From contig JAYWIR010000004.1 in assembly GCA_036172245.1 (NCBI GenBank), positions 2,480,001 through 2,544,000 of the forward strand: DNA of 64,000 bases, in the 5' to 3' direction. The notes below the pieces were generated by a model, which saw only the letters and a program-made list of their open reading frames with translations, did no database searches and was not told the DNA's origin. This DNA comes from Raillietiella orientalis (lineage: Eukaryota). Every line of letters starts with the position of its first letter. Position 1 is the first letter of the stretch. The position numbers were made by a program, and so were the translations under genes. Below, in pieces: positions 25,094 through 36,700 of the stretch.

Positions 25094-27349
25094 TTCCGAA
25101 CTTCCGAGCGGCCTCGCACACACGCACGGGGACCACGCTGGCCACGTGATCGAACGGTGGGCGGCGGCATCCCTATTTACTCCTGCTGGGGTATTGGTCC
25201 CGGGACGATAGAGCCGGAGGACGGGCCGGTGATAACGCGGCATGCTTGAGGCTGTCTTCCCGAGCAAGCGAGTGCCTCTGGAGGTGAGTGAACCAGAAGG
25301 GAGCATCCTTCCCAGTTCTTCCTCCTCCGTTTGGTTTTCCCTCCCTCCGCTCCTCCTCCTTGGCGAGCGAGGTGGTCTCCTTCCGACACCCTGTTGATGC
25401 TCCGGACACACGCACTCCTGGATGTTGAGATGCAAAGTATCCCGCGAAAGTGAAATGTGGTGGCATGCGGCAGTTTCCCTGGTTACCCGCCGTTCAATTC
25501 GATTCTAGAGAGGAAGGGAGGAAAAGAGAGAGAGAGAGAGAGAAAAAAAAAATCGTATCATAGACGGTCAGCTTCCCTTCTCTTGCTCATCACAACCCCA
25601 TCCTGCCCTCCTGCCCTCCTCCCGTGCCAAGAAACCTAGACGACGGCGGATCTTTCAAGGAGAAGCCAGTGCAACCTCGTTCCCTAAATCAGATAGGCGA
25701 GTCCAGAGAATGGACTGCCAGGTAGACGGATGCAAGGCGACGCTCCGCATGTGTGTCAGGGAGCGGGTTGACACCGGCGAAACAAAACGCGCTCATACGA
25801 AACACACGCGCATCACACGCGCGCGCGCGCGCACAGCAAAAAAAAGAAAGAAAAAAAAAGAAAATGAAGAAAAGAAAAAAAAACGAACGGACGGAAAGAG
25901 ACGGAGGAGGGAAGCTGCAACCAGAACTCACTTTCGTCCTCGTATTAAGTGGGGCATTTCGTGAAATGGTTTGACCAAACTTATTAATTTACTCCGCGTC
26001 TAAGATTCGATGCAGCCTCCGCACCGCACCGTGTGATCTGGTTCTTCGTCGGGAGCATCACAACTCTCCCATAGGCGTTTTTTCTCCTGAGGCGAAGCAA
26101 CCGTTATATTATTTGGTAGTCGTCGTTCCGTTCTCTCATTCAGTTGCTCTCAGCTGGACGGATGAATTTGGATCTGCCGAACTCGGAGCAGGGAGTGATA
26201 CCTCCATCCGAGCTTGACAGGCTTTCGAGGTTACAGCATCCATCCGTTCGCTGAAAGGAATACTTCAAGAGGGAGGTTTCGGCTGCACACCTAGATGTTT
26301 CAAAACAGTTTAACCCATGACCTTCGTGGAAACCGAGTGATGAGGCTGGAGATACTTTCTCGCGGAAATTAGATCTCGAAAAAGTTCGTTGTGGTCCCTT
26401 CTTACGCAAATCGATGTGAGTTGCTGTGTGGAAGATATCCCCTCTGCAACCGTTGGATGAGAACGTGGGATATTTCCGAGTTTTTCTGGATGCCCACGTG
26501 GACAGTACATTGAGGTCATTAGTGCCAGCAGAAGATGAGAACTCTTGAACGAGGAAAAAATGCTCAGCGGATGGCAAGATGAGTAGCCTGCTCCTTTTCC
26601 ATGGCAGCTTCGTGTTCGCCTGCGTTCTCGGTGAGCAAAAAAAGAAAAATGGCTTTGTGTTTGGGTGTACGAAAGGAACCGGCGCCCTGGTTCCCGAGAC
26701 GCGCCCGGCATCCACTTTGGTCGGAGTCGCGTGCGAGCGAGCGAACGAATGTCCCCTCGTGCACTTTGCACACGTCTTTTGTAATGCTGCTGGCGTGCAG
26801 AGGTGGACCAACTGTGCCGCCGCCGCAACACGGGCCGTTCGAGCCTCTCGGTGCTGTTTATTGCTCGGGTGCTAAGGCAAAATTGCTGGAGAGTCTCATT
26901 TTATCTTCGTTTCGTTGCTCTTCTTCATTCATGGCTTCTTCTTTCTTCCTCTCTCTCACCCTCCCTCCCTCTCCCTCTCTTTTTTTTTTTTTTTTTTTTT
27001 TTGCCCTCTTTAGGTGCAAAAGGTGATCGAACATAAATATTTGGCAAGTGGGTTAGCAAAATATGTGCCATCTAGGATTGCCTTGAATGACATTGCTCAT
27101 TGCATGTTCACTGCTTTTTCTTTCCTTTCCTTCTTGAACCAGTCTTCCCGAGATACAAATCAAGAAGCTCATAGCTTCGTCTCCGTGGGGGCTTGAGGTT
27201 CCATAGGAGGGGAGGGGAGGAGAGGGACAACTCATCGCTTGATTCGTTATCGTTCGCCATGTGAAAACGTTCGGCTTGCCTTCCGATATCGGAGGGCAAC
27301 TCGGGTTCGCCTCGCGGACGGGCAAAGAGTTCGCAATCTGCAGACGCTC

Positions 27350-27900
27350 TTATCAAATGACGATGTTCTGTACCTGATGACCAATCGTGTGTTTACGGCG
27401 GCAGAGCACCCGGCAAGGCCTGACAAACAGACTTTTCGCGAACGTTCATCTCCGCCACGGCTGCTTGCTAGTTCCGGCTTTCCAAAAAGAAGCCTCGAGA
27501 GACTGCGGGAGGTGAGGGAGGTTCTGGAAATTGCTCTTTGTGCCTTGGGGGATGCACCGCTTCGGCTTTTCTATTCCAGCCTGACGGTTTTCAGTGAGGC
27601 TGCTCGCAACCCTTCCGGTTCGAGCGCCGAAACTTGGATTCTGCGGGACCACTGGATGATCACTGGGCGATCTCGACGGTCCTTGGGCGTTCCCGGAAAG
27701 ACGGCACTTTCGTCAACCTGTGGCGTCTGGGCAGCTTCCTTCGGTTCTTGGGAGGCGACCCCTTCCCCAGCACGTTCCCGACTCATCTCCCGAACCGCTT
27801 ACTTCGCCCTCGAAAGCATCCCGGGGTGCATATCATCCGAACTAAGCTCGATTTCATTTGCGGGCACCGCCGACCGATCCGGGCAGCTCCCGGTTCGGTC
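27350..27900 (-). mobile_element. Decayed gypsy-type RT remnant
   Basis: EIELSSDD, ESAVFPGTPKDRRDRPVI (cf. SPxFxVxKxDxxxRxV) and SNFQNLP..PQSLEASF..WRR*TF (cf. SGFxQIP..TAF..RMPFG). Confidence 0.33.
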
Positions 27901-28599
27901 GGCGGACACCGTCCCGGTGTTTCTCTGCCCGGGTGCTCGGCCGCTGCTCGTCCTTGGCTGCCCAGTCGTAGGGAAAGCCCATCTTCTCGGATGTTTTGAT
28001 CTGGAATGGCCTGAAATCTGCGTGCGTCCGTGTCCCGCTGCCGGCCGGACGCTGCAATCCTTTGCGGGCAATTCGCCTTCCGGGTGCTTTTCGCCTTCTC
28101 GTCCTCGCGCCTTTTTCATTTCCTTTTTTTCCTTCCCGTCCTTCTCGAAGAGGCAACGTTTATTTTATCGGCTAAAAGATTTCTTTCCGAAAAGCAGCTG
28201 ACCGTTTACTACAAGGCAAACGTTGAAGGAGAAGTGAAAGTTGATGGTGGAACTTCATCGGAGCCACCGCCTGCTATTGTTGCGTAGTCGCGAGCCATTT
28301 CGATTAGAAAGAGAAAGTGAACGCAAGACCGTCGCGCTGGGGGGGGAAAGAAAAAAAAAAGGGAAAAAGAACAAGAAGGAAAAAAAATGCACAGGCTGCA
28401 TTCCAGAGCTGAAAAATGACGAAATTTTTGGAGTCCCAACTAGCCGAAATCGAAACGCATGGTTCCCGTACGGGTCCCAAGCTCCAGCAGTTTTGTTTCC
28501 CAACTTTTCGCAGAGACTCTCCTTCTGGAATGAGAGAGGGATGGAAGAGAGAGAAGAAATCGGGGAAATTTCGAATCTGAAGAGGAAGCGAGAAGCAGT

Positions 28600-31500
28600 T
28601 AGAAAACACAAAACAGGTGGAGGGTGAAATGGACACCCCTCGCCTTCCACAGAGGATCCATGGGCCACTTAAAGTCTCGGGGCCGTCGGGCCACTCCAGG
28701 AAAGTTCCGCCGTGCTCGCTGCGATCACCTTGGGTTCCAGTTTGGCAGCTTCTTGGCGCGGGGAAGGGGGAACAGCGCCGCATGGCGCACTTTGTTTCGC
28801 GCCGAAAACCAAAGAGGTCACGCAGACGGACCTCGGATGGGTCCAGTCCGTGGATGGCGTCCTGTGCGAGAGCACACCCCGCGTGCGAACTCCTTGCTGC
28901 ACAAGACGCGGGAGAGCGCACCCCGCCATCTGCGGGGCGAAAGACGTCCGCCGTGCTCCCAGAGAAGATGCGTCGGCCATCGGGCTCCACCAGATGGGAA
29001 CTCTGCGTCTCCCCTTTATCTCACCCCCCTCCTCCTCGCCACGGAAGGGGGAAAAAAGTGCGAAACGAGACACGTCTTCCCGCTGCGAGAGCCAACATCC
29101 TTTCTCGTGGACCCGCCGAGAGGAGGGATGCAAACGGGGTGTGCCCAGAGAGGGAGCGGCGGACCGAGCCGCCGAGCGAACGACAGGGCGGCTCCGAAGG
29201 GGAGGCTCCACCGACCCGCGGGCCGCTACCCCTCCCCGCGGAGTGATCTGTCCGCCGGTCCGACTCTCACGAAGATAGTGATCTACCTGACGCAGTTTCC
29301 AGGGGTGCGCGCGCCCCTGTAGGAAATGGCACGCCTCATCGATTCGGTCAGACGGATCGATCCCGCGCCGGAAGGAGAGAGACCGGGGACGGGAGAGGGA
29401 CCAAGCTGGGGTAGACCCTGCGGAAGCTATGTGGACCACGAACTGAAAGACTCCGGGCTCAAAAGGAGCTAAGGCATCCTGGAGACCAGCGGACCCCCCT
29501 CGTTCCAGGCGCCGAGAGCTCCGCTGCCGTACCGACAGAGGCGCACCGAGAGGACTCAGCCCTCCTCCCCTTCTCCCTCTGTTCTACCGTTCGAGAGCCC
29601 CGCCCCCGCGCACGCAAATCACAGTGCTCCTCCCCCCCTCGGCCGGCCAGTTAGACAAAAAGCTCCGTGGCATCATGGAGCCCCCACGGCTCCGCTTGCC
29701 ACTAGGGGTGAGTGGGTGAAGGGAGGAGGAGGAGGAGGGCGATGTTTCGCTTCTTCGCCTCGCTTCCTTCCCGGTCTACGGAGGAGAGGACGCGGGATCG
29801 CGACCCACTCCATCCGATCGACCGCAAGCTGCGAGGAGGCATTCTGCGGTCCCCGCCCACCCTCAACAGGGTCCGCGACTCGTCCCACAGCCGCCCTTCG
29901 CAACAGTCCTCCACCGGCTCTCGACGTGCCTCATCCCCCCTTCCCTGGTAGGGAGGGGAAAACCCTCCAGGGCGCCGGGATGCGAAGCTGCTCCCGGAGA
30001 ACGCGCGCACCTCGGAAGACTCCTCCTCTCTCCTCCTGCCCTCTCCTTCCCAGATCGGGAGAGTGGCGGCAACGCCCTTGGCTCCCCTGCTTTTCGAGGG
30101 ACGGAGGTGCACTCTCCCCCCGAAACAGGCCGCCAGAGAAAAACCCTCCTCGGGGAACGTCGGGACTCTGCGCTCATGAATGAAGCGCACCGTCCCGACG
30201 TTCACCGAAGCGGGTCTCTCGAGAGGAGAAGAGGAGGAGCGAAGGAAGCGAATCCCATGCCCGGGAGGGAGGGGGTCCTGCATCCAGAGCGCTGCGAAGC
30301 CACGAGCTGGAAGTCTGTTGCCGGTGGATGAGACTCGAGGCGAGAGTGAGCCCGGGGCAAGTGGGAAGGGGGCCTCCCCTCTCTTCCCTCTCTCTGGAGG
30401 GAAACTCCCACCCAGCGAACAAGCGGGACCACTTTTCTTCCGCGCGTCTTCTAAAGATCACATGACCCTCCACGTGAGAGAAAGGCAAAGGGTGCGGGGG
30501 TCAGAGGAAGGGAGGAGAACGAGTTCCTCTGCTTCCCGGCAGCAGAGGGCGCCGCCGCCGGAGGCCATCTACCTGCCGTCCGGGAGGGTGCAGCTGCCTT
30601 CTTCCCGGATCATCATTCTCCACACGCCGGGCATCGCCCTTCTTCAGGTGTGGATGGGGGAGAACGAAAAGTAGGAAGAGGAGGTAGCCATTCCGAGTGC
30701 GCGCACCTCCCCCGCCTTTTCCGTTCCCCCTTCTTCCCCGCCTGCGGACGAGCAGAAGCCGCGCCGCGTTGAGCCCCGGGATCAGGTGGCCCGTCCTCCA
30801 GCTCTCTTCGCCCCAAGGATGCCAGCGGAGAGCGGTGGCGGCACGCGGGCGCCTGGGGATGGCGCGAAACCGATCCGACCCGAGGGAAAGTCCGCGCCCG
30901 CTTTACGACTCCGCTCTTCCGCGTCAGCCCGCGTGCGGAAAGCGTGTCCGTGGAAACGACGAGCGCTCGCAGTTCCGCTCGAAGGGAAAGTCGCAGGGTG
31001 CGACCGAAAAAGAGGAAGGGGGAGGATGGGGGGGGGGAATCGCTCCCGGATAGCAGTCCGCCTCTCGTGAGCTTCCCCCTTGCAGAGGCGGCTTCGTCCG
31101 GGAGGCCCTCCCCCCTCCTCCCTGCGCCGAGTGGGGTCCCGAGAAAGGGAAGAAGATGAGGAAGCCCCGCCCGCAACCGCGACTCGCGCGATTTCTTCCG
31201 GAAGGAGGACGAGAGGCCGTCGCCCTCCGCTCAGCTCGACACGCGCCCAATCGTCCCTTGCTCCTCTCCCCTCCCCACCCAGTCCTGACGGCTTCCTTCT
31301 CATCGAGCCTCATATGGCCCCGCGAAGGGGGATGCAAGTCACCTTTGGTAGGAGGAAGGAAGGAGGGGGAGAACGCAGCAGCCACCATCACCCCTTCCTT
31401 CTTGTCCCTTTCCTGCCCCCTCTTCTGGCGCTCGGATGCTTCACACTTACGGGAATTTTTTGGAAAGTCCTCTTTCGGGCAGGGCCCTTCGCCTGCCTCC

Positions 31501-33750
31501 GGAGGAGGAATCTCCCAAGCTCTTCCGTAGAACCGCGAAGAGAAAAGGGAAGGGAGAAGGAGCAAAGAGGTCCTCACCCCCCTCTCCTCTCCCCAGGTGC
31601 TCCTCCCTCCCTCTTCCTTGCGGACGCGCCCTCCGTGCGTCTGGAGGTGGGGGGAGAGGTCTCGTGCCCTCCCCCCGGACCGAGCGGTTCCTACCAGCGG
31701 GCGGGATTCCCTCGCATGCGCTGAAGGGGTAAGGGTCAGCAGAAGGGGCCTTGCACGGCAGGGTCTCCGGTGACGACTCCTCGCCCCCTTTCAGTGCTTC
31801 CGGACGCTTCCCTGCCGCTGGCGACCCCCCAGCCGGGCGACTCCCTGCAGAGCTGGGAGCACGAGAAGCTGGGGATTGTATCCCACTCGGACCTGGAGGC
31901 CCGGGACGAGGAGGGGGACGGCGAGATCTTCCGCGCCGTCTGGGAGAGCCTCAAGGACTGGCAGCGGCGGCGACGGCTGAGGAAGCAGCAGCTCTCCAGG
32001 AAGAAGAGGTAACGCCTGGGAGGGCTGCGTCCGGAAGCACCTCCTCCTCCTCCCTCCCGCCTTTCCTCTTTCCCCGGCGCGCAGGTCCCGCAGGGAAGCG
32101 AAGGTCGTCTGCTACAACGAGCTGGGATGCTTCCGGAGCGAGGGGCCCTTTGGCTACCTGGACACGTTGCCTTCTCCCCCCGAGGACATCGGGACCAAGT
32201 TCCTCTTCTACTCCCAGAAGGACATCCACATCCCGCGGGAGATGAGATACGAGCACCGGAAGATCGTGAACGACACGGCCTTCGACCCGAGCAAACCCAC
32301 GAAGATCATCATCCACGGATTCGGGAGCAACTGCGAGAGGTACTGGTCCCTCGAGATGCGGGAGTCGCTCCTGAACCAGGTGAGGGACGGACGGGGAGAG
32401 AGAAGGGTGGGTGGTCCGCGAGCGAGCTCAGGAGACAACCCTGCGGGAGGAACAGTCTGGTGCCCCTCGTGGCGGTGCACCCGTCCCTGACGTGGCCGCT
32501 CACCTCGGAGAACGACTCGCCTCCTCCCTCCCCTCTGCTGCAGGTCGTCGTCATTCCTCCCCCCCCTCTCCCTGTGCCTCCGTCCGTCCATCCCGGCTTC
32601 GCCCCCGTGTCGCTTTGAGCGACGCGGCCCGCTGCGCGCCCGGAACGCCGCCTGGAAGCTGCCGGGCGGACGGACGAACGTTCCTTGGGGCGCTCGCCTC
32701 CCTCAAATGCAACCCCTCCCCCGTCCTGCGGTGGGCGTGGCGGTGGCGGCCAGCAGCGACAAGGAAGGGAAGCCTGGACTTCCTTCCCTCTGGACCACGC
32801 GGGCGCAAACACCCCTCTGAAGGACGGTCGACATGCTCGGGGAAGTGACTTTCCCAACCGGAGGCGCTGCGAGCAGTGCGCGACACCCCCACCACCTCCC
32901 GCGCCGCACGCTCTCCGGACCAGTCCGGAGGACTAGGAGTCGGGCGGAAATGTCCGTTTCCGCTGATTGCTCCTGCGGGGAGGCACGGCTTGAGCTTGGA
33001 AGTCACGTGGCAGCCCAGTTGGTTCGCTCGCCGTTGTGCTTCTCAGCCGGCGGAGGGTGAACCTACTCGGACCATCTCTTCTTCTCCTGCCGGTTCTCCG
33101 CACTCATTCAATACGACGCGAGTGATCCGAAACGGGGCTCTTTCCTTTTTCCGGCGCTCTTCCTCCCTTCTGAAATCATCCAGAATCCGATTGCTGCAAG
33201 TGGTTTCCGAACGATGGAGCCTCAGAACAAGGGAGAGTCTTTCTCGGCCATTTCCTCTCGGACTTCCCCTCAACGGCGGGCGGCTCCGCTTTTTATTTCC
33301 CTTCCGATTCCGCCATCTTGGGAAAGGAACGCCTGCTGCCCTCCGATCAGTCGAGGGAGATCGGAAGGATGCGATGCGCGCTGCACCGGGTGGACACACC
33401 ACATCGCCCTTCTAGATCGATGCCCTTCTACGGCACCGCGCCATCCACATCCGTTGCACCCATGTCTGCACAAACCGTGCAAGAGAGGGCGTTGCACGCG
33501 GGTCCACCCTTCCCGCGACCGGTTGTTGTTCCACGGGTCACTCTCACGCATCCTGCGTGGAACTCCTTCGGTCGCAGCCATCAACCTCGGCATTTGAGTC
33601 CGCCGCCAGAGCGAGCCCCTCACAAGACGCGAAGAACTGGCGGACTCTCGAACGGAAACGGAAATCGCGCGAGTTGAGTCGACTCTGGTGCGAGGAGGAA
33701 GAAATTCCCGCTTGGGGCGCAAGGCGGGCGGAGAGAGGCATCGTTCACTC
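28600..33750. other. Very GC- and CpG-rich domain covering the presumed promoter and 5' exons of the lipase gene
   Basis: A sample line (30781-30840) counts 68% GC, with abundant CpG and purine/pyrimidine (GGA/CCT) tracts. The many overlapping Arg/Pro/Gly-rich ORFs here are compositional artefacts. Confidence 0.6.
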
Positions 33751-36700
33751 GTTCCCGTTCTAAAAGGGACTCGAAAAGGAGTCACGCTGAGCTGATGCGA
33801 CTCCTCAACGCACTCCTTTGTCGAGGGATCCTTCTTTCAGGGAACGAAGGCTGCTCCGAAATGGTCCCCCGAGGGTGCAACTGCGGCTGCTGCAAACCAC
33901 ACCGGTGTCCACTCCCTGATTGTTCCTCTCGTGTCTGCGTACCATCCTGGGCACCTTCCTCCCTCCCCAGGGAACATTCCTTATTCTTTCTCACGTTTGA
34001 CGGCAATTTAACCTGTCCGTGCTCAGAGAACCATATTCGACCTATGTGCGCTGCCGTCACTCTCAGGCATTCCCGATGCACCGTGTCCTTCCATAGGATT
34101 TGCTCACACACGCAGACGGTGTGGAGACACGGAGAGCAGTTTCAACCCCATTGCTTTTGGATGGGTTTCCCAAGAGTTTAGTAGAGAATCTGCGGATGCG
34201 GTGGCGCAGCAAACCGATAGTGCCTTGAGGGTGACCTCGTGCCAGGGTTCGTGCTCTGAACGAGCTAAGAAAAGCGTTCCTCACTCCTTCACTGATTCAA
34301 TGCGAACGCCATTGCCGATTGGCATCGCACTTTCCGATGATTCTGCTTACAGTTGCATGACTGCCACGTTTTCTGGTCCATAGCTGCCTTTGAGACCAAA
34401 ATTGGCGCCTACACTTCGCCGTTTTTTTTTCAAGGCGCTGATTTGAAGGCAGATGCTCGCCCCCCTCCCAAATCTTGCTCTCTCTCATTCTGATTGCTGT
34501 ACGTTCTTCTGCGTACTTCAGAAACGCGGCGTAATGACTAGTAAATCGTAAACCACTTGACGGTAACTCGCTCATCCCGATATGGTAAACGGGTTCGAGA
34601 ATCTGTTCGGCTGAAGAAGTCCTCACCGAAGCAAACCATTCTTCCTGTGTGAGAAGATGCCGTGCACTCCGAACTTCATCCCGTTCCATTCTTCTTCACC
34701 GGTTTTCTCTCGCACAACCTTACTTTGTTCCGTAAATGTTCTGTTTGCTGCACCAACGGGCAAAAATTTTAAAGCACGACCTCGCTTTCCAGCGCTTCGG
34801 GTCCAAGTTGTGCTTACGATTACCATTTAAGACCCCGGGAATGCCTCGTCATCTTGCAATTTTTTTCCTGCTCATACTGACACGACTGCGACTTGTCACC
34901 CCAGTTCCTTACCTCTGCATGGATCAAAAGAACAGCTATGCAGCTATGAACGCCTCCATTCACTCCTCAGCTTTAGAATGTCGGCCTACCTGACATAACC
35001 CGGCTCTCTGCATCCAGTAGCAATCGTCATCTCTGAGGCGCGGGAGTAAGGATAAGGATAATTATCCGTTCCGTGCCACTCATTTTTCCTTTGATTTTCT
35101 GATCTTCTAAATCTTTCTGCATTGCATACAAGAATGCGGCATGTTTAAAGCAATCCGTTTGTACTCCTTCCGTTTGGAAAAGCTGCGTTTTGACCCCTTA
35201 TTTCAAAATCCAACTCCGTTTCGCGAAGGTGAAAATTGTTACATTAATCCTTGTGAAGCAGCCTAATTCTTATCTATGTTCACGTGCTTCAAATTTCGAC
35301 TTCCGGTCGAACAACGGAACCGGAAACGAGGAAGAACTTTTCGGGGAACGGTGCCTCTTGCGAGCAATGGAAGAATCATTGGAAGAGCGTGACGAATCAA
35401 AAATCGGTTCTATTCCAGGGCATCCAACTGACTGCACGATGTTGAACACTCATTTGAGCACAGATTACGGCTCCATCGGTTGATTAATCTTAAGGAACAA
35501 AGTGACCACTTGAGGGCAATAAGACCACTGACCGGTCTCGACCGGTCTTCTCACTTGACATTTTAAACGTGTGAGCGACTTCAAGCTAAATGCAATCTCC
35601 TGAAAGCTTCGTATCAGCACAGGTTTCGATTTCTCAGCGAGACCTTGCGAAGGTTTCACCCGTCCTGTTGGGACTCGCTCCGCGAAGATTTTCCCTTTTG
35701 GAAATAACCGTTCTTCACTGTGATCTCCGGTAATCTATCTTCAGCTTTCTCATGATGCCATCTCGAGACAAAAAAACAATTTGGTAGGCAGAGAGAGAGA
35801 GAGAGAGTCTGTGTCTGTTGTGAAGCTTTCATCCTTTTGGATCTGATGCTTTATTCTGTCCAGATTCATACGCTGGTGCTCTCATGGCGCTCAGTTTACC
35901 TGCATGAAAGTGGCTATAAGAAAGCGTGTTGTTTTCGTGAGTATCGCGCAATTTGTGCAAACTACAACTCTCAACCAATCATGTATCCATTGTCCTCAAC
36001 GAAAACGATAGCTAAATAGATGAATGACTCGAAAGATTTCGACATCTTCCAATGAGAAGCCACGAAATTTTGGACTGTTTCCTTTTTTTTTTTTTTTTGC
36101 CTTGTTTTGATTGTACGAAACCCATTTTGGTGGCTTGCATTTGTTTTATTACTGCCGATGGTTTACTTGAATCCATAGTTGGATCTCCTCTTTAATTCGC
36201 AGATGCTGACAGTGCTGACGTCTTCTCGTGCTCTTTTCGCCTTCCCTATCGATTCCTCGACTTTTGCATCAGGAAATTTGTGCTCCATTTTTGTTTTTGT
36301 TTGGGGGATTCATGCAGACGATGAATCCCGCGATGAGTAGGAACTGAATGCCTAGAAACGACGGCAACGCCAGCATGGAAGAGCTGAGAGTGGCATCCTC
36401 AAGCGTTAGGCGAGTACTTGAGCACATGATCATTCGTGGCATCGTCAACCGAGTACGTTTCAAAATTTCGGCGTGAAACACCGACTCTTCGCATAGATCC
36501 ATTGGTTCTCTTCATCACACAGTACGTGTCCTGTCGGGAATGTGTCATCACATGCAGGAACGCGCACTGCCCGCGCTGTCTTTCTGCAAGTTGCTGACCT
36601 GCCTGCGTCCTTGTCTTTTCCGACCCGCGGTATGGTGCCACGTCTTCGCCCGCATCGGAACCGCGGATGGCCTTCACGGTTCGATGAGGTGGCGGTTCCC

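Noticed and set aside
27239..28201. 320-aa plus-strand ORF
   Set aside because: No recognisable domain; it is better explained as the antisense shadow of a decayed gypsy RT.
29675..29713. Candidate lipase first exon (atcATGG..MEPPRLRLPLG|gtgagt)
   Set aside because: The phase-0 donor does not fit the phase-1 acceptor at 31795, and it encodes no hydrophobic signal peptide. It would need another unidentified exon.
28600..31750. Dense stack of 100-250-aa ORFs on both strands
   Set aside because: Compositional artefact of ~65-70% GC, with no coherent protein motifs apart from a weak integrase-like stretch at ~28700-28980.
33795..34181. Cys-rich 128-aa ORF (GCNCGCCKPHRCP..), metallothionein- or toxin-like
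   Set aside because: No regular Cys spacing, signal peptide or splice support; it is intronic and likely chance.
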